Below the pieces are notes generated by a model that made no database searches, had not been told where the DNA came from, and saw nothing but the letters and a program-made list of their open reading frames with translations. From the IMG/VR virus record IMGVR_UViG_3300037499_000174, positions 1 to 52,840 of that record: a DNA stretch of 52,840 bases. One strand, 5' to 3'. Origin of the DNA: a virus (lineage: Duplodnaviria; Caudoviricetes). The stretch's first letter is position 1; the number at the start of each line of letters is the position of its first letter. The translations under genes were made by a program, and so were the position numbers. Below, in pieces: positions 1 through 8,760 of this stretch.

Positions 1-127
1 CGCCGCCTACCGCAACCGCTTCCGCCACGTCCTGACCCTGAGGTGGGTCCGGGACAACGGCGAGCAGGTCGCCCGCCACGGCCAGATCGTCGGCTGGGTC
101 GCGGACCCGGACACCGGCGAGCAGTGG
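1..127. repeat. Terminal direct repeat identical to 52714-52840 (circular assembly overlap)
   Basis: Exact 127-nt match read directly. An ORF continues across the junction, so this is probably an assembler overlap rather than a physical end. Confidence 0.92.
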
Positions 128-325
128 TTACGGCTGGCGCTCACCGGCCGCGACAAGACCATCCGCGTCGCGGCCCGGATGCTGGAGCGCCAGCTGCAGG
201 CCGAGGACCACGAGCGGCGGCTGGCCGAGGTCACCCGGATCGACCGGTGTGAGGAGTGCGGCAAGACGCTCGGCCACCTGGACGACTTCAGCGGCCTTGA
301 GGGCTACTGCTTCAACTGCGTGTGA
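1..325 (+). CDS. 3' part of junction-spanning protein (starts at 52676) with C-terminal Zn finger
   Basis: Manual translation ...AAYRNRFRHVLTLRW...RCEECGKTLGHLDDFSGLEGYCFNCV*, with CxxC...CxxC. Not in the ORF track. Confidence 0.75.
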   Translation, partial: AAYRNRFRHVLTLRWVRDNGEQVARHGQIVGWVADPDTGEQWLRLALTGRDKTIRVAARMLERQLQAEDHERRLAEVTRIDRCEECGKTLGHLDDFSGLEGYCFNCV

Positions 326-335
326 AAGGGAGATC

Positions 336-824
336 ATGAACAACTGGCAGCCGGCGCGACCAGCGGACCTACCCGCCGAGCAGCAGACCCTCCTACAGGA
401 GGCCACGAAGGCGCTGGGCCAGCTCAGCCACGACCGGGACGGCCAGGTGGTGCTGGCGCCAGCCACCGACGGGCACATCCGGGCGATCCTCGGCCCGGCC
501 GAGGACGAGGCGGGCCGCAACCCGCACGATCTGGCCGAGTTGGTCGCGCACCGGCTCGCCGCCGCCGGGCTGAGGCTGACCGCAGACCCGGACCGGCTGG
601 CCGAGGGGTACGCGGTGCGGGTGGCCCGCCGGACCGGGCGGCCCGAGGTCGGACCGCCGGTGATGATCCGGTTCCCGATCGAGCTGCTGGCCCGGGTGGA
701 CGCCTGGGCGGAGAAGACCGGCACCAGCCGGGCCGCGGCCGTCCGTGACCTGGTGGGCACCGGGCTAGGACTCAGCGCAGCCGCCGGGGCCGGCCCCGCC
801 GATCCCGCCCCGGCGGGTCAGTAA
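336..824 (+). CDS. Ribbon-helix-helix (CopG/Arc-like) DNA-binding protein
   Basis: RBS AAGGGAG before ATG336. C-terminal VMIRFPIELLARVDAWAEKTGTSRAAAVRDLV fits the RHH pattern. Confidence 0.75.
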   Translation: MNNWQPARPADLPAEQQTLLQEATKALGQLSHDRDGQVVLAPATDGHIRAILGPAEDEAGRNPHDLAELVAHRLAAAGLRLTADPDRLAEGYAVRVARRTGRPEVGPPVMIRFPIELLARVDAWAEKTGTSRAAAVRDLVGTGLGLSAAAGAGPADPAPAGQ

Positions 825-1044
825 CCACCGCCACCACCAGCGCCACCGCGGCCAGATGACGCGGCCGGGCCACCACCACCAGCTCAGCCGCCCCGGCGAG
901 TATCAGCCGCCGGGCGGTCACCGCGTCCGCGGTGACCGCGGCCACCAGCCAGCCGCGTGCCCGGCACAGCGCCGCGCACTCATGCTGCCAGAGGGTCTGG
1001 TCGGTACCGGGTGGGATGTAGAGCACAGCACGTAGGGATGGCAT
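772..1044 (-). CDS. Small protein resembling a degenerate serine-resolvase catalytic domain
   Basis: GAGGAG RBS. RAVLYI...Q..EC..LC.ARGW.V...AGAAELVVVAR pattern, but no YxRxS catalytic motif. Confidence 0.5.
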   Translation of the reverse strand: MPSLRAVLYIPPGTDQTLWQHECAALCRARGWLVAAVTADAVTARRLILAGAAELVVVARPRHLAAVALVVAVVTDPPGRDRRGRPRRLR

Positions 1045-1229
1045 GGCGGGGTGGCTCCTCACTCCCGCCACGGACGAGGGGTGACCTGTCCAACGATCCG
1101 AGAGCGGCTCGGGTTGCTGTGAGCCCGCTCACGACGGCTAGCCCCCGTCACGGTGACGGGATGATGCCGCCTATCCCTCACCCGGTCGGGGTCGCCTGTC
1201 CGGCCGGTGGCGGCGGCCCGGCGCCGGGG

Positions 1230-1484
1230 TTACGGTCGCGCCGGGGGTGTGGGGTCGGGCGCCGGTCCCTCGCGGGCCGGCGCCTCCTCCTGGCACACCC
1301 CCGGCTCCGGATGAGCATCGTCGTAAAGGAACGCGACGCTGAGCCCCACCACGAACACGGCGAAAACCAGCACGATCCCGCACACGAACTGGACGGCCCG
1401 CCACCACCCAGTCGCGCCGGCGCTCAGCCGGGCGCCAAGCCACAGGCCCGTGAACAGCAACAAAGCGATGATCAGCCAGTCCAT
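1230..1484 (-). CDS. Two-TM membrane protein
   Basis: Two hydrophobic segments; GGAGGGG RBS. Confidence 0.65.
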   Translation of the reverse strand: MDWLIIALLLFTGLWLGARLSAGATGWWRAVQFVCGIVLVFAVFVVGLSVAFLYDDAHPEPGVCQEEAPAREGPAPDPTPPARP

Positions 1485-1487
1485 CAG

Positions 1488-1700
1488 CTACCCCTCCCGC
1501 CGTAGCTCCAAGATGTCGACCGTCGGCCCCGTGTACGGCGGCGGGTCCTGGACGCCGGCCTTGCGCTGCCACAACCGGTACGCAGCCCGGTCATCACAGA
1601 ACGGGCATTGCTCGCCGGGCCGGCTCTCCGGATGAACCTCGCAGTAGGCATGGTTCACCAACCGATGGGCCAGCACCTCGGCCACCTGTCGCCACGTCAC
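1488..1700 (-). CDS. Hypothetical protein with Cys/His motif
   Basis: GTGA overlap with upstream gene; CEVH...CPFC. Confidence 0.6.
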   Translation of the reverse strand: MTWRQVAEVLAHRLVNHAYCEVHPESRPGEQCPFCDDRAAYRLWQRKAGVQDPPPYTGPTVDILELRREG

Positions 1701-1927
1701 CGTCCGGGCTCCTTCCGCCAGTTGGCGCCCTTCCCCGGCCGGCCACGCATCGCCGAGTCCAACCGCGCCTGGAGGTAGAGCTTCTTCCGCCCGTCCAACA
1801 TGGCGTCGGGGGCCAGCTTGAGCCGGGAGATCGCGGAGGTGATGGTGTGGGGGGCGAGCCCGTAGCGGGCGGCGGCCTGCTCCACGGTGAGCGCCAGCCG
1901 CCCGTCGAGCGTGATCCGGATCTTCAC
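1697..1927 (-). CDS. HTH DNA-binding protein (excisionase/MerR-like)
   Basis: LTVEQAAARYGLAPHTITSAISR helix-turn-helix; GGAGGAG RBS; GTGA overlap. Confidence 0.65.
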   Translation of the reverse strand: MKIRITLDGRLALTVEQAAARYGLAPHTITSAISRLKLAPDAMLDGRKKLYLQARLDSAMRGRPGKGANWRKEPGR

Positions 1928-2217
1928 GTCTCCTCCTTGGCCGCGGGCAGTACCGGCGGGGTCCACAAGTCGATGATCGGCACCGGACCGCTGTACTGCC
2001 GGCACCGACAGGTTTGGTGGTGGTAGCCGTCAAACCAGTTCCCGAGCTTGATCCGAGCGCGACAGGTGCCGGACTCCGGGTCGTGCATGGAGCGGTGGTG
2101 GGTGCACCCGCAGATCGGCTGCTCGTCCGGCGGCCGGCGGCCGGCTCGACCGATCCGGCCAGCCAGAAAGCCCACGGCCAGCAGCGCAGCCCCGACGGCT
2201 AGGCTCAACGGGTCCAT
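1924..2217 (-). CDS. Membrane-anchored Cys/His-rich protein
   Basis: N-terminal TM, then CGCTHHRSMH...C...CRC. Confidence 0.7.
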   Translation of the reverse strand: MDPLSLAVGAALLAVGFLAGRIGRAGRRPPDEQPICGCTHHRSMHDPESGTCRARIKLGNWFDGYHHQTCRCRQYSGPVPIIDLWTPPVLPAAKEET

Positions 2218-2223
2218 CAGCCC

Positions 2224-2424
2224 TCAGCCCTCCTGTCCGGTGCCGACCCGCAGCACCCCAGCACCAGCGGCTAGACGGTGGTCGATTTCCTCATTGAGGT
2301 ACGGCTGCTCACGGTGGATGCCGGTCGCGTACCACCAATCCTGGCTTCCCTTGATCCATGCGAGCCCAATCTCGGCGACCACGCTGCCCTCGGGCAGGTC
2401 GGCGGCGGTTGCTGTTTCGCTCAT
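2224..2424 (-). CDS. Hypothetical protein
   Basis: ATG2424 with GGGAG RBS; first gene of a tightly packed operon. Confidence 0.6.
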   Translation of the reverse strand: MSETATAADLPEGSVVAEIGLAWIKGSQDWWYATGIHREQPYLNEEIDHRLAAGAGVLRVGTGQEG

Positions 2425-2511
2425 GCTCCCCAGGGTACCATCGGTGGCAGTCTCAACGTCGTACTTGCAGCCATAGCACGTCATCCGAACGGGTGAACTT
2501 GCCCCAGGGAC

Positions 2512-2540
2512 TTGTGTTTGCCGTGCCAGTGCTGCATACT
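2512..2540 (+). promoter_or_regulatory. Putative promoter TTGTGT-N17-CATACT
   Basis: AT-rich island in a divergent intergenic region; 17-nt spacing. Confidence 0.45.
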
Positions 2541-2544
2541 TAAG

Positions 2545-2945
2545 GTACAACAGAAGAAAGACCACAAGATCTCAGGTGAGACCAAGGGGCCGCGAAGATC
2601 CGAAAGGGGAGCGGAAGCCGGAGCCGGGAGGACAGAGCAAGAATCGAAGCCTGGTGCTTCGAGGGGGCCGGCGCTTCCCCGCACTCCTACCGCGACACCC
2701 GACACGTCGGGCGGCCGCAGGAGGCATATCCGATCGGCCCCCCCGTGGCACCAGGACAGCACCTGCGGTTACGCGGCCGGCCGGGAGGCCAGGCAGCCGA
2801 GAGAGGCACCCGGGAGGGTGCCGAGCACACCGGATCACCGGTCACCCGCCCGTCAGCGGGGCGCGTCGAGTCCCCCAGGCCTGACGGGGCCACCGGGGGG
2901 CGGGAGCCGACACCGGCCGGCCACGCAACCGCAGGAACGCACCGA
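2545..2945 (+). ncRNA. Candidate large structured RNA or leader
   Basis: Nested stems 2650-2657/2748-2755, 2663-2670/2735-2742, 2762-2770/2927-2935, 2775-2784/2913-2922, 2849-2856/2881-2888; GNRA hairpin 2805-2822; no credible CDS. Confidence 0.55.
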
Positions 2946-2963
2946 CGAAGAGGGGAGATCGAT

Positions 2964-3203
2964 ATGCCGAACCACAACGGCCTGCATGTCCCACTGGAGG
3001 TAGACCGCTGCGTCCAGCAGATCAACGCCGAGCACCGGGCACGGACCGGCCGGTATCCGCCGACGCATCCGTTCGCCGGTTCCGATCCGGCACGGGCCGG
3101 CGTTGGCCTGCCGGGTCACTGCGAGCCGTGCGCGGTGGTCGGCCACGTGGCAGCACACCCGGACTACGGATGCGGCGATGTCCACTGCCGCGCCGACCAC
3201 TGA
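2964..3203 (+). CDS. Small His/Cys-rich hypothetical protein
   Basis: GAGGGGAG RBS; CEPC...H...H...CGDVHC. Confidence 0.65.
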   Translation: MPNHNGLHVPLEVDRCVQQINAEHRARTGRYPPTHPFAGSDPARAGVGLPGHCEPCAVVGHVAAHPDYGCGDVHCRADH

Positions 3204-3671
3204 CCAGCCCGGTGGCCCCGGACCCCGGGGCCGTGCCGAGTCGGCCAGACTGGCAGACCTACCACCGAAGGAGAGATCATGCGCCACTGGAGTATCCACA
3301 CCCACAGCACCCAGGCGGACTTCCGTATCTCCGGCGACACGCTGCCGTCGGCGATCGAGGACCACTTCGGCACCATCGCCCGGCAGGCCGGCGTCGGCAC
3401 CGCAGCCGGCTACCAGTTGCAGTCCGTTGAGCTGGTGCCCGAGGGCAACGGCACCCGGGCCTACCTGAGGATCCGCGCGAAGGGCATGCACCTGGACACC
3501 GTCCTGCCCGAGGTCAAGTTGACCGAGGTGCTGGTGCTGGGTTTGCAGCCGGGAGACCTTGACGGGCCGCACCAGTTCCCGGCCCGCTGACCCGCCCGGG
3601 TGCGGCCCTGGACCCCGGGGCCGCACCCAACCAGCCACACTGACACACCTACCACCGAGAAGGAGCCCACC
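3204..3671 (+). repeat. Duplicated intergenic module (3204-3278 and 3591-3671)
   Basis: GGACCCCGGGGCCG at 3220 and 3610, ACCTACCACCGA at 3257 and 3647 (same 37-nt offset), each followed by AAGGAG RBS. Confidence 0.8.
3279..3590 (+). CDS. Hypothetical protein
   Basis: AAGGAG RBS; high-GC3 codon pattern. Confidence 0.75.
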   Translation: MRHWSIHTHSTQADFRISGDTLPSAIEDHFGTIARQAGVGTAAGYQLQSVELVPEGNGTRAYLRIRAKGMHLDTVLPEVKLTEVLVLGLQPGDLDGPHQFPAR

Positions 3672-4178
3672 ATGAACGCCGACACCACCACCGCGCTGGC
3701 CCTGGCCGACGCGTACGACCGGCACTACCTCGCCGGCACCCACCCCGCCCTGCCGGCCGCCATGGCCGAGATGGGGCTGACCGTCACCGACACGGCGGCC
3801 GAGCTGCTCACCCGCGGCGCCGAGTTGCAGTACGCCCGGGACCACGGCCTGGACGAGCTGGCGCAGCTGGCGCTGGCCATCAGCCTGGACGCGGTGCGGG
3901 CCGACCGGCCGGCCGCCTACGCCCGGCTCACGCAGGCGCATGTGGACGAGTGGGCGCCGGAGGTGGCCGCCGGTGGGGAGACCACGGTGGCCGCCCTGAC
4001 GGAGATGCTCGCCCACGTCACCCGCGACTTCGGCATCCTGACCGACTACGGCACCGGCGAGCAGATCCGGCCGGCCACCGCCGACGAGCACGCCCGGTCG
4101 ATCGCGACCCCCAGCGAGACCGGCGCCTTCTGGCTGCACGGCCGCGTGGTGTTCGTGGCTGGCGGGCCGAAGTCCTGA
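3672..4178 (+). CDS. Hypothetical protein
   Basis: AAGGAG RBS before ATG3672. Confidence 0.75.
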   Translation: MNADTTTALALADAYDRHYLAGTHPALPAAMAEMGLTVTDTAAELLTRGAELQYARDHGLDELAQLALAISLDAVRADRPAAYARLTQAHVDEWAPEVAAGGETTVAALTEMLAHVTRDFGILTDYGTGEQIRPATADEHARSIATPSETGAFWLHGRVVFVAGGPKS

Positions 4179-4261
4179 CGTTGCCCGGTCCTCACCCGCT
4201 TCGGCGGGCGGGGGCCGAGTGGCGGACAGAACCCGCCACCCGACCAGAGAGCAGAATAGCC

Positions 4262-4837
4262 ATGACCTACCAGCAGCAGCCCGACCCGCAGCCGGCCCAC
4301 AGCCAGCCACCGGCGCCGGCCAGGGCGCCCAAACACAAACTCACCATCCCCACCTGGCTGATCGCGATCAGCATCACCCTGGTTGCCCTGTGCTGCGTCG
4401 GCGGCGGAATCCTCGCCGTGGTCGGCATCGCCGGCACCGACACGGACGGCGACCCGCTGAACGACGCCAGCCCGGTCACCCAGCCCACCGAGCAGGGCAC
4501 GCCGGCACCGGACGGGCCCAACCCCGACGGCACCGTGGAGGGAACCTGCGACCTGCTCCTGTTCGTCGAGGGGGACCAGTCCGACTTCGCGGCATCCATC
4601 GACGTGACCAACGTGGGCAACGTCGGGATTGTGGTCAAGGTGAGCGCGGCCTTTGACCAGCTTGGCCAGGATGACTACACGCTGACCGATGAGGTGCGGG
4701 TGGAGGTGGGCGCGACCGAGACCGTGCACCTGGCCGAGCGGATCGACCACGCGACGATCGACCGGCACCAGAACGGCGGCTACGAGTGCCGGGTGACGGG
4801 GGAGATCGTGGACACGTTCGGGGACGTACAGGACTGA
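4262..4837 (+). CDS. Single-pass membrane protein with acidic extracellular beta domain (possible superinfection exclusion)
   Basis: Pro/Gln N-terminus, TM (WLIAISITLVALCCVGGGILAVVGI), acidic C-terminal domain with two Cys. Function is inferred. Confidence 0.7.
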   Translation: MTYQQQPDPQPAHSQPPAPARAPKHKLTIPTWLIAISITLVALCCVGGGILAVVGIAGTDTDGDPLNDASPVTQPTEQGTPAPDGPNPDGTVEGTCDLLLFVEGDQSDFAASIDVTNVGNVGIVVKVSAAFDQLGQDDYTLTDEVRVEVGATETVHLAERIDHATIDRHQNGGYECRVTGEIVDTFGDVQD

Positions 4838-4851
4838 CCCGGGCACGACGA

Positions 4852-4887
4852 AGGAGCCCTCCCGGGCTGTCACCCGGGAGGGCTCCT
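4852..4887. terminator. Bidirectional intrinsic terminator
   Basis: Perfect 15-bp stem AGGAGCCCTCCCGGG/CCCGGGAGGGCTCCT between convergent genes. Confidence 0.8.
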
Positions 4888-4903
4888 CTGTTCGGCTTGG
4901 CCG

Positions 4904-5119
4904 TCAGGGGCGGAAGTCGCCCTTGCCGGCGTTCGGCGGGCGCGGGTCCTCCGAGTTGTTGCCGTGGCCGGCGGCGTTGACGCACATCCAGCCGCCGTCG
5001 GACGGGTTGACCGTGGCCTCCTGGCCGGGTGGGCATTCGATCGGGTCGGCCTGTGCCGGGCTGGCCGCGGCGCCGACGCCGGCGGCGACCAGCGCCACGA
5101 CGATGATCAGCTTACGCAT
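4904..5119 (-). CDS. Small secreted protein
   Basis: Sec signal MRKLIIVVALVAAGVGAAASPAQA; two Cys; GAGGAG RBS. Confidence 0.75.
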   Translation of the reverse strand: MRKLIIVVALVAAGVGAAASPAQADPIECPPGQEATVNPSDGGWMCVNAAGHGNNSEDPRPPNAGKGDFRP

Positions 5120-5183
5120 GATGTCTCCTCTGTTCAGGTCTATTATCGCGTGTCCGGCCGACACTGGGAGCCGCCCGGCTAGG

Positions 5184-5450
5184 TCATTCCCAGTACCAGC
5201 GCCACGGCCAGTAGGTCATGTGAGGCACCAGCCACACCGTGAGCACCACCAACACCGCAGTGAACGCGGCCACGGCCCACCGGCGCCGCGGCCGCGGCGG
5301 GTTCACCCCGAGCTGCCGTCTGGTCCACTCGCTCAGCGTGCCACCCCGGCCGGGGTCCACCAGTGCGACCGTCTGGGCGAAGACGAACCCGCCGGTGAGC
5401 ACGGTCAGCCACGCTAGCCAGAACCAGGTCAACCAGCCCGGGTCAGTCAC
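5184..5450 (-). CDS. Lysis-cassette membrane protein
   Basis: Two TMs, Trp-rich; GTGA overlap. Confidence 0.7.
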   Translation of the reverse strand: MTDPGWLTWFWLAWLTVLTGGFVFAQTVALVDPGRGGTLSEWTRRQLGVNPPRPRRRWAVAAFTAVLVVLTVWLVPHMTYWPWRWYWE

Positions 5451-5623
5451 GTCGGCAACTCGTTGGCCGGCGCCAGGTAGGTCGACAGTGATGCCGCGAC
5501 CAGCACGATCAGCCCGGCCACCTCCGGCACCAGCTCCACCCCGGCCATCCGTGCGACCGCAACCACCGCGGTGGCGGTGAGCCCGCCCAGGATCGCCGCG
5601 ACCAGCTTCCGTACCCGTCTCAT
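5447..5623 (-). CDS. Holin-like protein
   Basis: 58 aa, basic N-terminus, two TMs, downstream of the endolysin. Confidence 0.65.
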   Translation of the reverse strand: MRRVRKLVAAILGGLTATAVVAVARMAGVELVPEVAGLIVLVAASLSTYLAPANELPT

Positions 5624-5639
5624 GTCCCCATCCTTCCGC

Positions 5640-5996
5640 TCAGCCGCACCTGAGGCTCGGCGGCTCCGGCACCGGATGTGCCACCAGCGCATCCCGGTAC
5701 GCGTCGCTCGCGGCCAGGTAGGAGGCCAGCGCCATCGCGAACTGCTCCTCATCCTGTGAGGCCACCGCCCGCACCAGCCGGTCCAACGCATCCGTGCGGT
5801 CCGCCGACAGGTCACCCAGCACGGTGGTACGCGCCATGCTGGCGTCCCCCCACGCCTGCGTGCACTCGATGATCCGCACCTGCTCCCGGGCCAGCCCCTC
5901 CACCCGCAGGAACCCGGGGACGAACACGAGCGCCAGCATCAGCAGCATGACCGCGTACGGGCGACCGCTCAGCCAGCGGACAATCCGGAGGATCAC
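5640..5996 (-). CDS. Lysis-cassette single-TM protein
   Basis: N-terminal TM plus helical domain ending PPSLRCG. Confidence 0.7.
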   Translation of the reverse strand: MILRIVRWLSGRPYAVMLLMLALVFVPGFLRVEGLAREQVRIIECTQAWGDASMARTTVLGDLSADRTDALDRLVRAVASQDEEQFAMALASYLAASDAYRDALVAHPVPEPPSLRCG

Positions 5997-6000
5997 GGCA

Positions 6001-6090
6001 TCAGCCCTGTAGCCACAGCATGACCGAGACCACCGCCGCCGCGGTCAGGTAGATGACCGTGACCGGGTACCGCTTAGTCAGTGTTGCCAT
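6001..6090 (-). CDS. 29-aa single-TM peptide
   Basis: Manual translation MATLTKRYPVTVIYLTAAAVVSVMLWLQG*; GAGGAGG RBS; fills the gap between neighbours. Confidence 0.55.
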   Translation of the reverse strand: MATLTKRYPVTVIYLTAAAVVSVMLWLQG

Positions 6091-6289
6091 TGCGTCGCCT
6101 CCTCGCCTCATCGACCCGCATAATCACGGGGCTGAGCAGGATCGCACCGAGGAAGCTGAGCACCGCGGCGCGTGCCCCCCCCAGTGTGACCTCCCACATG
6201 GTCAGCGCGAGCGCCACGCTCACCACGGCGGTGTCCCGGACCGGCCGGCTCACCCAGCGGCCCTGCGCGCCGTTGGCATTCGGGCTCAT
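6074..6289 (-). CDS. Two-TM holin-like protein
   Basis: Two TMs and a basic C-terminus, directly after the endolysin. Confidence 0.65.
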   Translation of the reverse strand: MSPNANGAQGRWVSRPVRDTAVVSVALALTMWEVTLGGARAAVLSFLGAILLSPVIMRVDEARRRRNGNTD

Positions 6290-6296
6290 CTCCGGG

Positions 6297-7199
6297 TCAT
6301 GACGTCTTGGTCACGATGCCGGCGAACGTCACTTCGGTGGGGGTCGGACCGGGCGGCCCGGGTGGGCCGGGTTCGCCCCGGTCGCCCTTGGCACCCGGCT
6401 TCCCGTCGGCGCCCGCCGGCCCGGGTGGCCCCGGCGGGCCGGCCTTGCCGGCGAACACCTCGGCCTGAATGGCGGTGGCCATCCACGCCGTGATGGAGTT
6501 GGACCCGCCGAGCTCGTGGTCGGCGCGGAACTTGTCGGCGGCCGCCTTGGTGGCCGGGCCGTACACCCCGTCGGCCGCCCCTGGGTCGTAGCCGGCGAGC
6601 TTCAGCATCCGCTGCCAGTATTCGACCGTCGGCCCCTGATCACCCAGCTCTGGGAGCATGTCCCCTCCTGTCGTCTGCCCTAGCAGCACATCCCCCACCA
6701 GCCGCATCGCCCCGGCGTCAGCCACCTGCCGCCGGTCCAAAGTGGCATGGAGATGCCAAAGGTGGCTGGCGTCGGAGGTGGCAGCCCGGTTGAGGATGTT
6801 GTTGTAGCCGTCGACCCTCGTGTCGCCGTCGAGGTTGCCGTACCACTCCCGCACCACCTCAAGGGTGCCGGCGCGGACCGCCCGGTCCAACCGGGAGCAC
6901 ACCTCGATCATCCGCGCGGTGGAGCCGGGGTTGAAGTCCAGGCCGCAGATGTAGCGCGCCTCGGCCGCGGTCAGCCCGGGCTGGACGGTGTAGCTCCGGT
7001 TTGTGCAGTACCGGCTGTTGAGAATCCACTCCTGGGAACGGTGCGCACCGGAGAGGTGGAGGTTGTCGCCCTTGGTGCCGGCAGCGGCCAGCGGCCGGCC
7101 GTACGCGCGGCACAGCCGCTCACCGAGCGCCCGCAGCGGGTCGGGGGTAATCTCCCGCCCCCACCACGTCTCGGTCTGCAACTCGGCGTAGGTCGGCAT
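6297..7199 (-). CDS. Endolysin: putative Zn-peptidase domain, PG-binding domain, collagen-like tail
   Basis: His/Asp motifs (HLSGAH, GLDF, HLWHLH); PG_binding_1 signature DGVYGPATKAA; Gly-X-Y repeats; position before TM genes. Confidence 0.8.
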   Translation of the reverse strand: MPTYAELQTETWWGREITPDPLRALGERLCRAYGRPLAAAGTKGDNLHLSGAHRSQEWILNSRYCTNRSYTVQPGLTAAEARYICGLDFNPGSTARMIEVCSRLDRAVRAGTLEVVREWYGNLDGDTRVDGYNNILNRAATSDASHLWHLHATLDRRQVADAGAMRLVGDVLLGQTTGGDMLPELGDQGPTVEYWQRMLKLAGYDPGAADGVYGPATKAAADKFRADHELGGSNSITAWMATAIQAEVFAGKAGPPGPPGPAGADGKPGAKGDRGEPGPPGPPGPTPTEVTFAGIVTKTS

Positions 7200-7213
7200 C
7201 GTTCACCCCCCTG

Positions 7214-7963
7214 TCATAGCGCGATGACCGTCATGTGCCGTTCGCTGAAGGCCACATTGGTGGCCGCACCCAGCAGGTCTTGCGAACGGTACTTGGCAGC
7301 CACCGTGTGCTCCCCAACGTTCAGCCCGGTGGCCACGTGCAGCGTAGACATTCCGATCCCGCTCGAGAATAGTTCGGTCGATTCGGTGAAGAAGAAGTGG
7401 GACAGAGCCCTGAGGTCATCGGGGGCCACGTTGGTGGCCCCGCTGATCTCGAACGACATCAGCCCCCACCTGCCGTCGTCAGCGAACGCGGGCAGTGACA
7501 TGCGGGCGGTCATCCCCACCAGCATGGTGCCACTCAGAATGTCCACCGTGACCGACGGCCCAGGATCTCCACTACCTGGATCCCCGTACGTGCTGGCGAT
7601 ACTGGAGCACGTGCCGGGGACCACGTCGATGCCTATCGACTCCGCCAGGATCTTCCGGGAAAACCTTCTGATCAGGTCCGGGGCCGCGGCGGTGCCGGGG
7701 GTGACCCACTGGCCGAGGATCGACCATGAGCTGGCGCCGCCACCGGGCGCCCAGCCGATCAGCGCCAGCGTGATCCCGGGGGTGAAGTTGCTCGCCGCCG
7801 GGCCGGCCAGCACGTCCAGGTTGGTTAGCGTCGAACCCCGCCACAGAACCTCGTTCTCGAAGGTATCCGGATTCCACGACAGCAGCTTCCCCTGCCCGTA
7901 GCGGACCCCGGCGTTGTCCGGCGCCGGCAGCAGCAGCGGGGTCAGGTCGTCGGTGGGGCTCAC
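7214..7963 (-). CDS. Minor tail protein
   Basis: End of the tail module; beta-rich C-terminus. Confidence 0.7.
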   Translation of the reverse strand: MSPTDDLTPLLLPAPDNAGVRYGQGKLLSWNPDTFENEVLWRGSTLTNLDVLAGPAASNFTPGITLALIGWAPGGGASSWSILGQWVTPGTAAAPDLIRRFSRKILAESIGIDVVPGTCSSIASTYGDPGSGDPGPSVTVDILSGTMLVGMTARMSLPAFADDGRWGLMSFEISGATNVAPDDLRALSHFFFTESTELFSSGIGMSTLHVATGLNVGEHTVAAKYRSQDLLGAATNVAFSERHMTVIAL

Positions 7964-8760
7964 ACGAACACCTCGACGATCACGATCCCGGCCGCACCCG
8001 GGGTGGACGCCTTGGCCGACTCGGAGGGGCCGTTGTTGCAGCCGCCGGAGCCGCCGCCGTACTTGCGACCCGGCTCACCGACCGAGTTGGACACACCGGC
8101 CGACGCCGACCCGGACATGTGGCTGTGGCCGCCGTAGTTGGCCTGTGTGATGTTGGCGCCAATCCGCCGGCCGGTGCCACCATCCGACCCGTCAATCAGC
8201 AGATCACCGGTACCCCCGGTGCCACCCTCACCGCCAGCGTTGGTCAGGTTGGTGCTACCGGCCGCGGAGCCGTCACCATGCTCCCCACCGTTGGCGACCA
8301 CCTTGCTCACGCCAAAGCTGGACACAGCTCCGTCGTTGCCGTTGTTGTTCCCGGCCGTGGCCGCCGCCCCGCCGGCGCCGACGGTCACCGTCTCCGAGCT
8401 GGCCAGAGCCGCGGCGAGCAGGAACGCCTCTGCGTACTCGCCGCCCCCACCGCCGCCGGGAATGGCACCATCAATCCCACTGGTGGCGGCCGCCCCGCCG
8501 CACGAACCGCCGCCGCCGACCGCCCTGACCCGCACGCCCTTCAACCCGGGGAAATTGCCCTTGGCAAACGAGCCGGAGGCGGTGTAGTAGACGGTGGTCA
8601 GAAGGATAAAGCCGGTGCGCACCGGCTGAAGCTCCACGTCCAGGCCGGCCACGGTGCCTTCGACCGCGTCGGCCAGGTCGTGGATCTGCTCATACCCGGC
8701 CGGGATGTCGTTCCTGGCCGGCACCGGCCAGCCGTAGATCGGTGTGCTGGCCACCGTCAC
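7960..8760 (-). CDS. Glycine-rich minor tail protein
   Basis: VRVRAVGGGG...GIVIVE glycine-rich domain. Confidence 0.75.
   Translation of the reverse strand: MTVASTPIYGWPVPARNDIPAGYEQIHDLADAVEGTVAGLDVELQPVRTGFILLTTVYYTASGSFAKGNFPGLKGVRVRAVGGGGSCGGAAATSGIDGAIPGGGGGGEYAEAFLLAAALASSETVTVGAGGAAATAGNNNGNDGAVSSFGVSKVVANGGEHGDGSAAGSTNLTNAGGEGGTGGTGDLLIDGSDGGTGRRIGANITQANYGGHSHMSGSASAGVSNSVGEPGRKYGGGSGGCNNGPSESAKASTPGAAGIVIVEVFV

Noticed and set aside
1-127. Biological terminal repeat or att site
   Set aside because: It lies mid-gene and its 127-nt length matches a common assembler k-mer. The packaging genes point to cos ends elsewhere.
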